Below are positions 1 to 8,373 of a DNA stretch of 40,254 bases, piece after piece. The DNA is from Planctomycetota bacterium (GTDB taxonomy: Bacteria; Planctomycetota; UBA1135): positions 1-40,254 of the forward strand of contig JAKVCF010000002.1 in assembly GCA_022447335.1 (NCBI GenBank), read 5' to 3'. Under the pieces are notes generated by a model. It saw only the letters and a list, made by a program, of their open reading frames with translations. It had not been told where the DNA came from and ran no database searches. The position numbers and the translations under genes were made by a program. Each line of letters begins with the position of its first letter. Position 1 is the stretch's first letter.

Positions 1-1
1 T

Positions 2-430
2 GAGTTCCGTGTCCTAGAAAGTATGCGTGTGGCTGTGGGAGCTGTCGCAGCCGAATGGAAAAATGCGCCAGAGTTGCAGCTCGAGGAAGGCCCGCAACCC
101 GAAACCCCCGAAGCTATCGCGCGCGGTGAAGCGCTCTACCTAAGTAGTAAATCAAACTGCGCACAGTGCCACGGCGCTGATGGCAAAGGTCGCGGACTTG
201 GTGCCTGGAATGCTGAGAGTGGCTGGATCCTACGCGACGTCTGGGGCAACCCCATACGCCCTGCCGACTTCACTTACGGCTCTTATCACGGGGGCGGCAA
301 GCCCAAAGAGATCTACCGCAGCATTGCGCTCGGTATCGCTGGCACTCCCATGCCCGGTTATGCCGGCGTACTGGGGCCGAGTGAGATCTCAGATCTCACT
401 CATTACCTACTTTCGCTGTCGGATCGATGA
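2..430 (+). CDS. c-type cytochrome (class I-like), probably 5'-partial
   Basis: The frame is open from the window edge, with no stop before the ATG at 23. It has a haem-binding CAQCH motif and a downstream GIAGTPMP region typical of the Met-ligand segment. No signal peptide follows the ATG at 23, although c-type cytochromes need export, so the true N-terminus is probably upstream of the window. The stop overlaps the next start (ATGA at 427-430). Confidence 0.7.
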   Translation, partial: EFRVLESMRVAVGAVAAEWKNAPELQLEEGPQPETPEAIARGEALYLSSKSNCAQCHGADGKGRGLGAWNAESGWILRDVWGNPIRPADFTYGSYHGGGKPKEIYRSIALGIAGTPMPGYAGVLGPSEISDLTHYLLSLSDR

Positions 431-1329
431 GCCAGATCAACGCATCCCGCGCCCTGCACCTTTGGGCAATCACCACACTTGCTATGACCATTGTGCTAAC
501 CGTCGGCCTCGGCGGCGTGGTGACTAGCACCGAAACCGGGATGGCCTATCCGACCTGGCCAAATATCAACGCGCAAGGCCTATTTAATTTCTTTTACGGC
601 AGCCTTGCGGAAGACTACGGCACTGGCTCCGCGCTGGAGCACACTCATCGACAGGCTGGCGCACTGGTTGGCATGCTGGCAATCGGGTGCCTGATCGTGG
701 CCCTGTGCAGACGCAAGGAACTGGTTCGGATGTCTGCGCTGGTTCTTGCGCTGATCACTACACAGGGGGCGCTCGGCGCCTTTCGTGTGCTAGGTAATAC
801 ACAAAGCGGAGCAATCATTCACGCTGTCGGCGCACAAGTCGTAATTGTCGCGTTAGTCGTCCTGGTAAAGCGCAGCAATCCACAATGGACAGGCTTTGCG
901 CCGAGCGCAAACAGCCATAGCCCAGAAGGCCGGCTCCGATTCTGGGCGGACTTCGGCCTCGTGCTCCTTTTTTTCAATCTGCTTGCAGCTGCTAGCCTGC
1001 GCCATAAGGCCGGCGCTTTCTCGGGCCACTTGGTACTGGCGCTGACGGCAAGCTTCGTGCTGTTCGTCGCGTCCTTCCGCGCGATGCACGACTTCCACGA
1101 CCGCAAGCGCCTGATCCGCGCGGCTAGAGGTGTAAACCACACGATCGGCCTACAACTGGGACTCGGGTTAGCCACATGGGCCTTCCTCTTCGGCCCCCTG
1201 GCCGAACAGTTAGCCGATGAGCGCACCCGTTTCCTGGTCCAAACCGGCCTGGCTTCCAGCCACCTTGTTCTGGGCGTAGTCCTGATGGCCGCTGCCACCA
1301 ACCTCTCCCTCGAATCCCGGCGCGCATGA
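427..1329 (+). CDS. ctaA: haem A synthase (COX15/CtaA family)
   Basis: This is a 300-aa polytopic membrane ORF. The N-terminal GLGGVVTSTETGMAYPTWP segment and the His-containing helix EHTHRQAG are typical of COX15/CtaA. It lies directly upstream of ctaB, with 4-nt ATGA overlaps at both ends. Confidence 0.8.
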   Translation: MSQINASRALHLWAITTLAMTIVLTVGLGGVVTSTETGMAYPTWPNINAQGLFNFFYGSLAEDYGTGSALEHTHRQAGALVGMLAIGCLIVALCRRKELVRMSALVLALITTQGALGAFRVLGNTQSGAIIHAVGAQVVIVALVVLVKRSNPQWTGFAPSANSHSPEGRLRFWADFGLVLLFFNLLAAASLRHKAGAFSGHLVLALTASFVLFVASFRAMHDFHDRKRLIRAARGVNHTIGLQLGLGLATWAFLFGPLAEQLADERTRFLVQTGLASSHLVLGVVLMAAATNLSLESRRA

Positions 1330-2207
1330 CAGCGACTGCCAAATCCGGATTTGGGGACTGGCTCACCCTATCAAAGGCGCGCATTCAGTCCGTTTCCCTG
1401 ACAGGTGCACTGCTATGTGCTTGGATGGCCTCGGCAGGCACGCTACATCTAATTGATGCGCTACATCTAAGCATTGGACTAACCGCAATGAGCTGCGCAA
1501 GCGCCGCGCTCAACCAGATTATCGAGATTGACATCGATGGAATGATGGCGCGTACGCGTGACCGGCCCTTGCCAACCGGCCGGATCAGCATGCATCAGGC
1601 GCGCGCCTTTACAGCAGTAACGGGTATCGGCGGCGCAATCTGGCTTGCAGCTTTTCTCAACCCACTGACGGCTTGGCTCGGAGTGATCATGCTGATCACC
1701 TATTGCTTTGTGTACACGCCGCTCAAGCGCGTGACAGCTTTGAATACGGTAGTTGGCGCGATCCCAGGCGCGATGCCATTGCTGATCGGCTGGGCGGCTG
1801 CAGGCCAGGGCCTCAGCCGCATGTCAGGGATAATCTTCGCGATTCTCTTCCTCTGGCAGTTCCCGCATTTTCTTGCTATCGCCTGGATGTACCGCGAAGA
1901 CTATGAGCGCGGTGGGCTAAAGATGCTACCTAACTCAAGTTCGAGCAGCGCAACAGCTCGCCAGTCTATTCACTATGCGATCGCGCTCTTTGTGATCTCG
2001 CTCTCGCCAGTTCTAATTGGCTTTGCCGGGAAACCCTACTTCTACGGCGCAGTCACACTGGGGCTTGCCTTCCTTGCTTGCGTCATTCAGTTCAGCATCA
2101 GCCACACAGAGAAGCGCGCACGTGCAGTACTGATATCTTCAATCGTTTACCTACCGTTGCTGCTCGCGCTTCTGACTTGGGACTACAGCCAACTTCGTGC
2201 CGGATGA
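1326..2207 (+). CDS. ctaB: protohaem IX farnesyltransferase (haem O synthase)
   Basis: The UbiA-family motif region ALNQIIEIDIDGMMARTRDRPLPTGRIS and a multi-pass membrane profile match CtaB/CyoE. It has ATGA overlaps with ctaA upstream and with the MFS gene downstream. Confidence 0.9.
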   Translation: MTATAKSGFGDWLTLSKARIQSVSLTGALLCAWMASAGTLHLIDALHLSIGLTAMSCASAALNQIIEIDIDGMMARTRDRPLPTGRISMHQARAFTAVTGIGGAIWLAAFLNPLTAWLGVIMLITYCFVYTPLKRVTALNTVVGAIPGAMPLLIGWAAAGQGLSRMSGIIFAILFLWQFPHFLAIAWMYREDYERGGLKMLPNSSSSSATARQSIHYAIALFVISLSPVLIGFAGKPYFYGAVTLGLAFLACVIQFSISHTEKRARAVLISSIVYLPLLLALLTWDYSQLRAG

Positions 2208-3562
2208 ACGAAGTCCGCTCTCGATCAATTCTCGGCCTTGTCTTCTTGACGGTGTTCCTTGACATCGTCGGGTTTTCAATCATCTTCCCACTCTTCCCGG
2301 AGATGCTCGATTACTACTTCTCGGCTGAAGGGGCAGAGAGCTTCATCGGACGCGTAGTAGACCGGCTACAAGAATTTGCGGGGGAGGACCGTAATGCAGT
2401 TCAAACTCTATTCGGCGGCCTACTCGGTTCGGTGTACGGCTTGCTGCAGTTTGTCTTCGCGACGTTCTGGGGCGGCCTATCGGATCGCATCGGCAGACGA
2501 CCTGTTCTACTGATCACACTGAGCGGCACGGTGCTGGCTTACATACTGTGGTCTCTATCTGCAAGTTTCTGGGTCCTCATATTTGCCCGCGTACTCGGCG
2601 GCGCCATGGCGGGAAATATTTCAACTGCATCAGCAGCTGTCGCTGATACGACGAGTAATGAGAACCGCGCAAAAGGCATGGGTATCGTCGGCATGGCAAT
2701 CGGCCTGGGCTTTATCCTGGGGCCAGCGCTTGGCGCGATCTTCTTTGCGCTAACTAAGCCGAACGCTGGGGCTGAAAAGCTAGCTCGCTTAGGCGAGACC
2801 AGCGCCTTCGGTGCGCATCCATTCACCGGGGCCGCGATTGCCAGCTGCGTACTTGCGCTCGCCAACCTGCTCTGGGTCGCTAAACGTTTCCCAGAAACGC
2901 TCCCCCCCGAACGCCGCGGACAATCGCAAAGCAACCGCAGCTTGAATCCCTTTGCTCGACTACGCACTCTGGCCTTCCCCGGCGTGATACGTACTAACCT
3001 GGTCTACTTCCTCTACCTGACCGCATTCGCCGCGATTGAATTTACGCTCACTTTCCTCGCAGCTGCACGATTGAATTATGGCCATACCGAACTCGCGCAG
3101 ATGTTTGTCTTCGTCGGCTTCGTCATCGCCTTCGTACAAGGCGGACTCGTACGACGCTTTGCCCCCCGCTATGGCGAAGCGCGGCTCGCACGATTTGGCC
3201 TAGCTCTTACGTTGCCGGGTTTCGTGCTAATCGGTCTCGCCAACAACGGCAGCATGCTCTACAGCGGCCTCGCCTGTATGGCCGTGGGCAGCGCCTTCGT
3301 CATGCCTTGCTTATCTGCACTTGTGTCGCGCTATTGCCCGCCGGATCGTCAAGGCCTTGCACTTGGCACTTTCCGCTCCATGGGAAGCCTGAGCCGTGCA
3401 ATCGGGCCAGTGATTGGCGCTCTACTGTATTGGCGCTTTGGTAGCGCATCCCCTTATTGGATTGGGGCTGGCTTCCTGCTAATCCCACTTAGCCTAGCGC
3501 TGGCTTTGCCACCCACCCCTACTCGGGGAAGCGCTGGCAACAAAACTGAAGCCATGCAATGA
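2204..3562 (+). CDS. MFS transporter (DHA1/TetA-like)
   Basis: The ORF track starts at 2078, but its first 42 codons overlap ctaB. The ATG at 2204 overlaps the ctaB stop (ATGA). The MFS loop signature GGLSDRIGRRPVLL is present, and the protein is hydrophobic and multi-helical throughout. Confidence 0.85.
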   Translation: MNEVRSRSILGLVFLTVFLDIVGFSIIFPLFPEMLDYYFSAEGAESFIGRVVDRLQEFAGEDRNAVQTLFGGLLGSVYGLLQFVFATFWGGLSDRIGRRPVLLITLSGTVLAYILWSLSASFWVLIFARVLGGAMAGNISTASAAVADTTSNENRAKGMGIVGMAIGLGFILGPALGAIFFALTKPNAGAEKLARLGETSAFGAHPFTGAAIASCVLALANLLWVAKRFPETLPPERRGQSQSNRSLNPFARLRTLAFPGVIRTNLVYFLYLTAFAAIEFTLTFLAAARLNYGHTELAQMFVFVGFVIAFVQGGLVRRFAPRYGEARLARFGLALTLPGFVLIGLANNGSMLYSGLACMAVGSAFVMPCLSALVSRYCPPDRQGLALGTFRSMGSLSRAIGPVIGALLYWRFGSASPYWIGAGFLLIPLSLALALPPTPTRGSAGNKTEAMQ

Positions 3563-4674
3563 CTTCTGAAAATCAAACCCTCGCCACATTGCATGAAGCC
3601 GCTGCCGAAGTCGGCCTCGTGGTGCGAGCAACTCAGAAAGTCGGCGCTTTGCCAAATACCACACGCACGCGCCTGCGCCAATGGGCATTAGATGGACGTG
3701 CAGGCGAGATGGATTACCTCGTCAGTAACACGCCTTTACTTGAAGATCCTCGTGCATGGAAGAGCTGGGCAAAAAGCATGGTGATCGTTGCGCTGCCTTA
3801 TGCGCGCGAGGCAGGAAGTTTTCGCGGCGGTGGGCGCGTGGCTCGCTATGCGATGGGTCGTGATTACCACAACCTAATCGGCAAACGCCTCATACGCCTC
3901 GGTAAACGCTTGCGCACCGCAGGCCTGGCCGATGATTTTCGCGCGTGCACTGATGCTGCTCCTATTGCTGAGCGCGAATGGGCGATTGAATCACGCGTAG
4001 GGTGGCGCGGCAAAAATACACTGGTCCTCGATCCGGAATATGGGCCTTGGGTCCTACTCGGCGAGCTACTAGTCGACCAATATCTTCCCGAATACCGCGC
4101 GCCAAAATCTCGTTGGGCAAGCTGTGGCACCTGCACACGCTGCTTGGAAGTCTGCCCCACCGGTGCTCTCGACTCGGCTTGGTCTATCGCTGCGCGGCTC
4201 TGCCTCTCTTACTTGACGATCGAGTTGAACGGCGCGATCCCGACCGAGCTCCGCTCAGCGATGGGCGAGTGGGTATTTGGCTGCGACCTCTGCCTCGAAG
4301 TCTGCCCCTTTGGCGACCAAGCCGGCGATCACTCTGAAGAATGGGGGCGCCTAGAGGCTTTTGATCAACTACGCCTTGAAGATCTACTCAGCCTCGACGA
4401 AGCATCCTTCTTACAGTATTTCCAAGGAAGCCCAATACGCCGACCGGGCAGAGCTGGCCTAGCCCGCAACGCTTGCGTGGTGCTGGGCAATCTAGGCCGC
4501 GGCGAGGCCGAGCTGGCGAAAGCTCTCGAAACCCATGATGAGCCACTGGTCCGAGGTCATGCCGCTTGGGCGCTAGGCCAAATCGGCGAGAGAGCCGCTC
4601 TACAAGCGCGCTGGAGCCTCGAGTCAGATAGACAGGTCCGCAGCGAGATAGAAGCCGCACTAGAAGCCTGTTGA
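3559..4674 (+). CDS. queG: tRNA epoxyqueuosine(34) reductase
   Basis: It has two ferredoxin-type clusters (CGTCTRCLEVCP and CDLCLEVCP) and a C-terminal HEAT-like segment (VRGHAAWALGQIG), which is the QueG architecture. It has an ATGA overlap with the MFS gene. Confidence 0.85.
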   Translation: MTSENQTLATLHEAAAEVGLVVRATQKVGALPNTTRTRLRQWALDGRAGEMDYLVSNTPLLEDPRAWKSWAKSMVIVALPYAREAGSFRGGGRVARYAMGRDYHNLIGKRLIRLGKRLRTAGLADDFRACTDAAPIAEREWAIESRVGWRGKNTLVLDPEYGPWVLLGELLVDQYLPEYRAPKSRWASCGTCTRCLEVCPTGALDSAWSIAARLCLSYLTIELNGAIPTELRSAMGEWVFGCDLCLEVCPFGDQAGDHSEEWGRLEAFDQLRLEDLLSLDEASFLQYFQGSPIRRPGRAGLARNACVVLGNLGRGEAELAKALETHDEPLVRGHAAWALGQIGERAALQARWSLESDRQVRSEIEAALEAC

Positions 4675-4756
4675 GAAAAAATCAACTTTATATGCTTGTC
4701 AATTAGCGGGTGACACCACCCGACCACGCCTCATTTCACATCCAAGTTCCTAAAAA

Positions 4757-5080
4757 ATGCTTGTAACAAAAAGGATTTCTGCTGGAGATTTGGCAACGCA
4801 AAGGCCCTATTCCTCATATGTTTTCTGGGGAGGTCACCAATCCTCCAGCTCTTTCGACCCTCAATTGGTCCAGAAAATGAACCCGAGCGTCCACTACTAC
4901 AACGCCAAGAAATACTGCCCGAGCTGTCGGGAGTACGTCCGCTATCTCCAGAGCATCGATGACTCGTTCTGCGTCGCGTGCGGGTCCAAGGTCCGGCTCT
5001 TCAGCTCCGCGGATAAGAAAGCATTCCTCGAAAGCATGAAAGCGGAAAAGGCTGCGAAGAAAAACAAAAGGGTTTCCTAG
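4757..5080 (+). CDS. small zinc-ribbon protein, function unknown
   Basis: The longest ORF is 107 aa. The ATG at 4877 would give a 67-aa product. It has a CxxC...CxxC pair (CPSCREY...CVACGSK) and a Lys-rich tail. It sits in a locally AT-rich islet and is followed by a strong intrinsic terminator. I saw no SD in front of either ATG. Confidence 0.5.
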   Translation: MLVTKRISAGDLATQRPYSSYVFWGGHQSSSSFDPQLVQKMNPSVHYYNAKKYCPSCREYVRYLQSIDDSFCVACGSKVRLFSSADKKAFLESMKAEKAAKKNKRVS

Positions 5081-5139
5081 AACCTATAAGCCAACTAACC
5101 GATAAGTCGGCAACAGAGCTTGGGAAGCGGCCGCCGGCT

Positions 5140-5181
5140 GCTCCCGAGTTGCGCCCCGCCCCGCGGGAGCGCATTTTTTTT
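5140..5181 (+). terminator. Rho-independent terminator of the small zinc-ribbon gene
   Basis: A GC-rich stem can form in either of two registers: GCTCCCG (5140-5146) with CGGGAGC (5164-5170), or GCGCCCC (5151-5157) with GGGAGCGC (5165-5172). It is followed directly by A plus a T8 run (5174-5181). Confidence 0.75.
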
Positions 5182-5192
5182 GCCCTGACCGA

Positions 5193-5711
5193 TCACCCTG
5201 GCCCATCGAATCCGACATTTCGATCGCTGGCGTTCGCCTCGGCGAGCCGCTTGAGCAACTCCTGAGCACGCGGCTCCGCCGTCTCACGCGGGCCGATCCG
5301 CCACAATCCCTTTGCTTTGAGTTGGGGGCCTCCCTCAAGAATCATCAGATTGACGCCCGCGATGCGGATCACCATCTCCTGATCGCGCAGCGCGCTGGAG
5401 TAGACCCCCCAGTCGGCGAGCTCGCGCTCGGAGAGCTCGACACGAAGTAGCGTTTCGGTACGCATCATCTCGACCAGCACCTTCGTGGTCTCCCAGCCGC
5501 GGCCTGTCCGAACCTGAACCGTGCGATCGCCAACAATGACCCTCTCTTTGCCACTATTACCACTATTGACCACTGGGAGCGTCCAGATCACCGGGCCGGT
5601 CATGGCCGCGCCCTCGTCATCCTGTGGAGTGTCGCCGCAACTTATAAGCAAGTTCATGCAGGCCAAAAGCATGGTGAGCGGAAGAACGCGAGTCGTCACG
5701 GAAGCGTACAT
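5193..5711 (-). CDS. hypothetical lipoprotein
   Basis: The N-terminus MYASVTTRVLPLTMLLACMNLLISCGD has a signal peptide with a lipobox-like LISC. I recognised no family motif. Confidence 0.55.
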   Translation of the reverse strand: MYASVTTRVLPLTMLLACMNLLISCGDTPQDDEGAAMTGPVIWTLPVVNSGNSGKERVIVGDRTVQVRTGRGWETTKVLVEMMRTETLLRVELSERELADWGVYSSALRDQEMVIRIAGVNLMILEGGPQLKAKGLWRIGPRETAEPRAQELLKRLAEANASDRNVGFDGPG

Positions 5712-5717
5712 CGCCTA

Positions 5718-6368
5718 ATGCTACGCTCGCTGAGTAAAGACGCCATGCCGCGCCCGCCCTTCCAACTGTGCCTGTTACTCAGCCGCGAGTTATGCCTCCT
5801 CGACCCGCTGCATGTCTTGCGGGAATCCGTCGCCGGCGGAGTGGATTGTGTGCAACTGCGAGAGAAGGAAATGAGCACCATAGAGCGACATGCTTGGAGT
5901 TTGCAGCTCATGGACCAATGCCTTGACCTACGGATTCCGTTAATCGTGAATGACGATGTTGAGGTCGCCGCCGACATCGGCGCGCACGGAGTGCACCTCG
6001 GACAAGAAGACTTGCCCGTACATAAGGCACGCAAGCTTCTTAGGCCCAATCAGTGGATTGGCCTTTCGACCCACAGTCTGGAGCAACTCGACACAGCGGC
6101 TGACCAGGGTGTGAACTACGTCGGCTACGGGCCAATCTACCCAACCGGCACGAAAAAATATAAACACGGTCTTGGGCCAGATTCTGTGATGAATGTGCTG
6201 CCGCATGCGCGCGTTCCCGTAGTCGCGATTGGCGGCATCAACACGGAAAACGCAGAGTGCATTCCCGAGCGAGCTGCGCTAGCCGTATCCTCGGCGATCT
6301 GTGCCACCGACAACCCGCGTGAGGTTGCGGCTGCGCTGCGCGCGCGCAGACCTATTGACACGCCGTAG
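5718..6368 (+). CDS. thiE: thiamine-phosphate synthase
   Basis: It carries the motifs VDCVQLREKE, HGVHLGQEDL, GYGPIYPTGTK and VVAIGGI, typical of ThiE. An alternative start is the ATG at 5745 (MPRPPF...). Confidence 0.85.
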   Translation: MLRSLSKDAMPRPPFQLCLLLSRELCLLDPLHVLRESVAGGVDCVQLREKEMSTIERHAWSLQLMDQCLDLRIPLIVNDDVEVAADIGAHGVHLGQEDLPVHKARKLLRPNQWIGLSTHSLEQLDTAADQGVNYVGYGPIYPTGTKKYKHGLGPDSVMNVLPHARVPVVAIGGINTENAECIPERAALAVSSAICATDNPREVAAALRARRPIDTP

Positions 6369-6380
6369 GCCTAGGCACAC

Positions 6381-6872
6381 TTATTCGATCGCTTCGGCAA
6401 GGACACTCGCACCCACTTCACTTCCACTCGAAAGCTTAACTGCGCCGCGCCAAGCGGGCGGGTCGACCGGGCGAACACCGGTGCGCGTGAAGGGGCCTAG
6501 CACTACTTTGTTTAACTCCAGTGGAACCACAGCGCGTGCCTCACGCAAAGAATCGTCGAGAATCCCTGCAGTGCCTCCGTCAACACCAGACCACTCGCCG
6601 CTGATATCAACGTCGAGAAACAATCGCCCGTAAAGCATGGTAGGCCTCCGCTCATTTGGAAGGTCTTCATCGATCAAAAGGTGTACCTCGGCAGAAAGCG
6701 ACCGTGCGGATCGCTCGCTATTCCAGGTGTAAGCTTCGTTGTGTAATTCGAGACGGAAGCCCTCGCCTTGATAAATCAAGCGTGCAGGTAAGCCACTATG
6801 TGCAAGCGAAATCTCTCCCTCACTCCCACAGGATGAGAGGGTGTATAACGCAAGCCAAGCGAAGGTGCGCAT
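6381..6872 (-). CDS. hypothetical lipoprotein, translationally coupled to the M20 peptidase
   Basis: The signal/lipobox-like N-terminus is MRTFAWLALYTLSSCGSE. Its ATG (6870-6872) overlaps the TGA of the upstream peptidase gene by 1 nt (TGATG on the minus strand). Confidence 0.5.
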   Translation of the reverse strand: MRTFAWLALYTLSSCGSEGEISLAHSGLPARLIYQGEGFRLELHNEAYTWNSERSARSLSAEVHLLIDEDLPNERRPTMLYGRLFLDVDISGEWSGVDGGTAGILDDSLREARAVVPLELNKVVLGPFTRTGVRPVDPPAWRGAVKLSSGSEVGASVLAEAIE

Positions 6873-8305
6873 CAGACTTGACGCAGGCAGTGATCATGCA
6901 AGACCTGAGCGACGCAAGCGGTCAACTTCTTGCCAGTCGGAATATGCAAGAACTCATTCGGCCCATGCGCATTCGAGGCTGGGCCGAGCACGCCGGTAAT
7001 GAGAAATTGTGCCCTCGGGAACTTTTCACCGAGCATGCCCATGAAGGGGATCGATCCACCTTCTCCCATGTATGCCGGCGGGTTTCCGAAATGCGCCCGC
7101 GAGGCATTAGCTACTGCTTCTTCCAGCCATCTGGCAAGCGGCGGAGCATTCCAGCCATTAGCGCCTTTTTCGGCGTGGAACTCGACTGTAGCACCACATG
7201 GAGAACTGCTTTCTAATACCTCCTTGACCGCGCGTGTACACACTTCGTGATCCGCGGTAGGCGGCAACCGAAAACTCAGCTTTAGCGCACTGAAAGGACG
7301 GAGCACATTGCCAGCATTCTGCAGCGAGGGGAAGCCTCCCGTGCCTGTGTAAGAAATAGTCGGCCGCCAAGTGCGATTCAGTACCAACTCAGCAAGGTCT
7401 TCGTGCATCGCCTGCGCGCCCTCGACAAATGGAAACTCTGTATAAACTGTCTCGCCCAGAGTATCGGCACAAACCTTGGCCTGATCGATACGCTGCTGCG
7501 GAATCTCGACGTGGAAGGAATCGATCAATACCTCACCGCTAGCCGCGTCTTCAATACGATCAAGCAATTGGCGTAGCACACGCATGCTCGAAGGCACAAT
7601 GCCCGAAGCCCCTCCCGAGTGCACGCCTTCGTGCAGTACATCGACACGCAGATCCCCCGCAATCATGCCGCGCAAACTGGTGGTTGACCACAGGCGCTCG
7701 TAGTCGCCAGCGCCCGAATCAAGGCAGACCACCAAGCTGATCTCACCGATGCGGTCGGCGAGGTGGTCAATGTAATACGGCAGATCTGGCGATCCAGACT
7801 CTTCACAAGCCTCGATCAGTACCACGCAGCGCTGGTGACGGCCGCCGTACTTCTTCAATGCCTCGATTGCGGTTAACGAAGCATAGGCTGAATAACCATC
7901 GTCGGCCCCGCCACGGCCGTAGAGCTTGTCACCTTCAATCTTTGGCTCCCAAGGGCCAAGGCCTTCGCGCCACCCCGTCATCTCAGGCTGCTTGTCAAGG
8001 TGGCCATAAAGCAACGCGGTGTCGTCGCTCTCGCCTGGAATCTCCATCAGGATCACCGGGGTTCGGCCTGGCAGCTGAATTACTTCTACTGTCAGCCCCT
8101 CGATATCGCGCCGCTTGCACCAGCCCGCGATCTGATCCACAGCTTTCTGCATATGCCCGTTGGCTTCCCAATCGGGGTCGAACAGCGGTGACTTGTTGGG
8201 AATGCGGATGTATTCGACGAGTTCGGGGACGATTTCCTCATCCCAAACACGGCTCACAAAGGAACCCAGGGCCACTGAATCGAGTGAACTGGTCAAGGCG
8301 CTCAT
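6872..8305 (-). CDS. M20 family metallopeptidase (dipeptidase, CNDP/Dug1-like)
   Basis: The pattern YGHLDKQPE...GRGGADDGYS...EACEESGS, followed by a dimerisation-domain-like middle region, matches M20 dipeptidases. I chose the start at the ATG at 8305 (MSALTS...). The ORF track extends to 8392, which would overlap the divergent transporter gene. Confidence 0.8.
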   Translation of the reverse strand: MSALTSSLDSVALGSFVSRVWDEEIVPELVEYIRIPNKSPLFDPDWEANGHMQKAVDQIAGWCKRRDIEGLTVEVIQLPGRTPVILMEIPGESDDTALLYGHLDKQPEMTGWREGLGPWEPKIEGDKLYGRGGADDGYSAYASLTAIEALKKYGGRHQRCVVLIEACEESGSPDLPYYIDHLADRIGEISLVVCLDSGAGDYERLWSTTSLRGMIAGDLRVDVLHEGVHSGGASGIVPSSMRVLRQLLDRIEDAASGEVLIDSFHVEIPQQRIDQAKVCADTLGETVYTEFPFVEGAQAMHEDLAELVLNRTWRPTISYTGTGGFPSLQNAGNVLRPFSALKLSFRLPPTADHEVCTRAVKEVLESSSPCGATVEFHAEKGANGWNAPPLARWLEEAVANASRAHFGNPPAYMGEGGSIPFMGMLGEKFPRAQFLITGVLGPASNAHGPNEFLHIPTGKKLTACVAQVLHDHCLRQV

Positions 8306-8373
8306 CCTTTCAGGATACTCGCGCGCCCGCTTCTCTCCCTCGGGCGAGCGGGCGATGCTAGCTTCTTGCACCC

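Noticed and set aside
2078-2203. N-terminal 42-codon extension of the MFS ORF
   Set aside because: It lies entirely within ctaB in another frame and has an Arg/His-rich, non-membrane composition. The ATG at 2204 gives the usual ATGA coupling and a normal MFS N-terminus.
5712-5744. TPP riboswitch upstream of thiE
   Set aside because: Only 6-33 nt are available between the divergent lipoprotein start and thiE, which is too short for a THI-box element.
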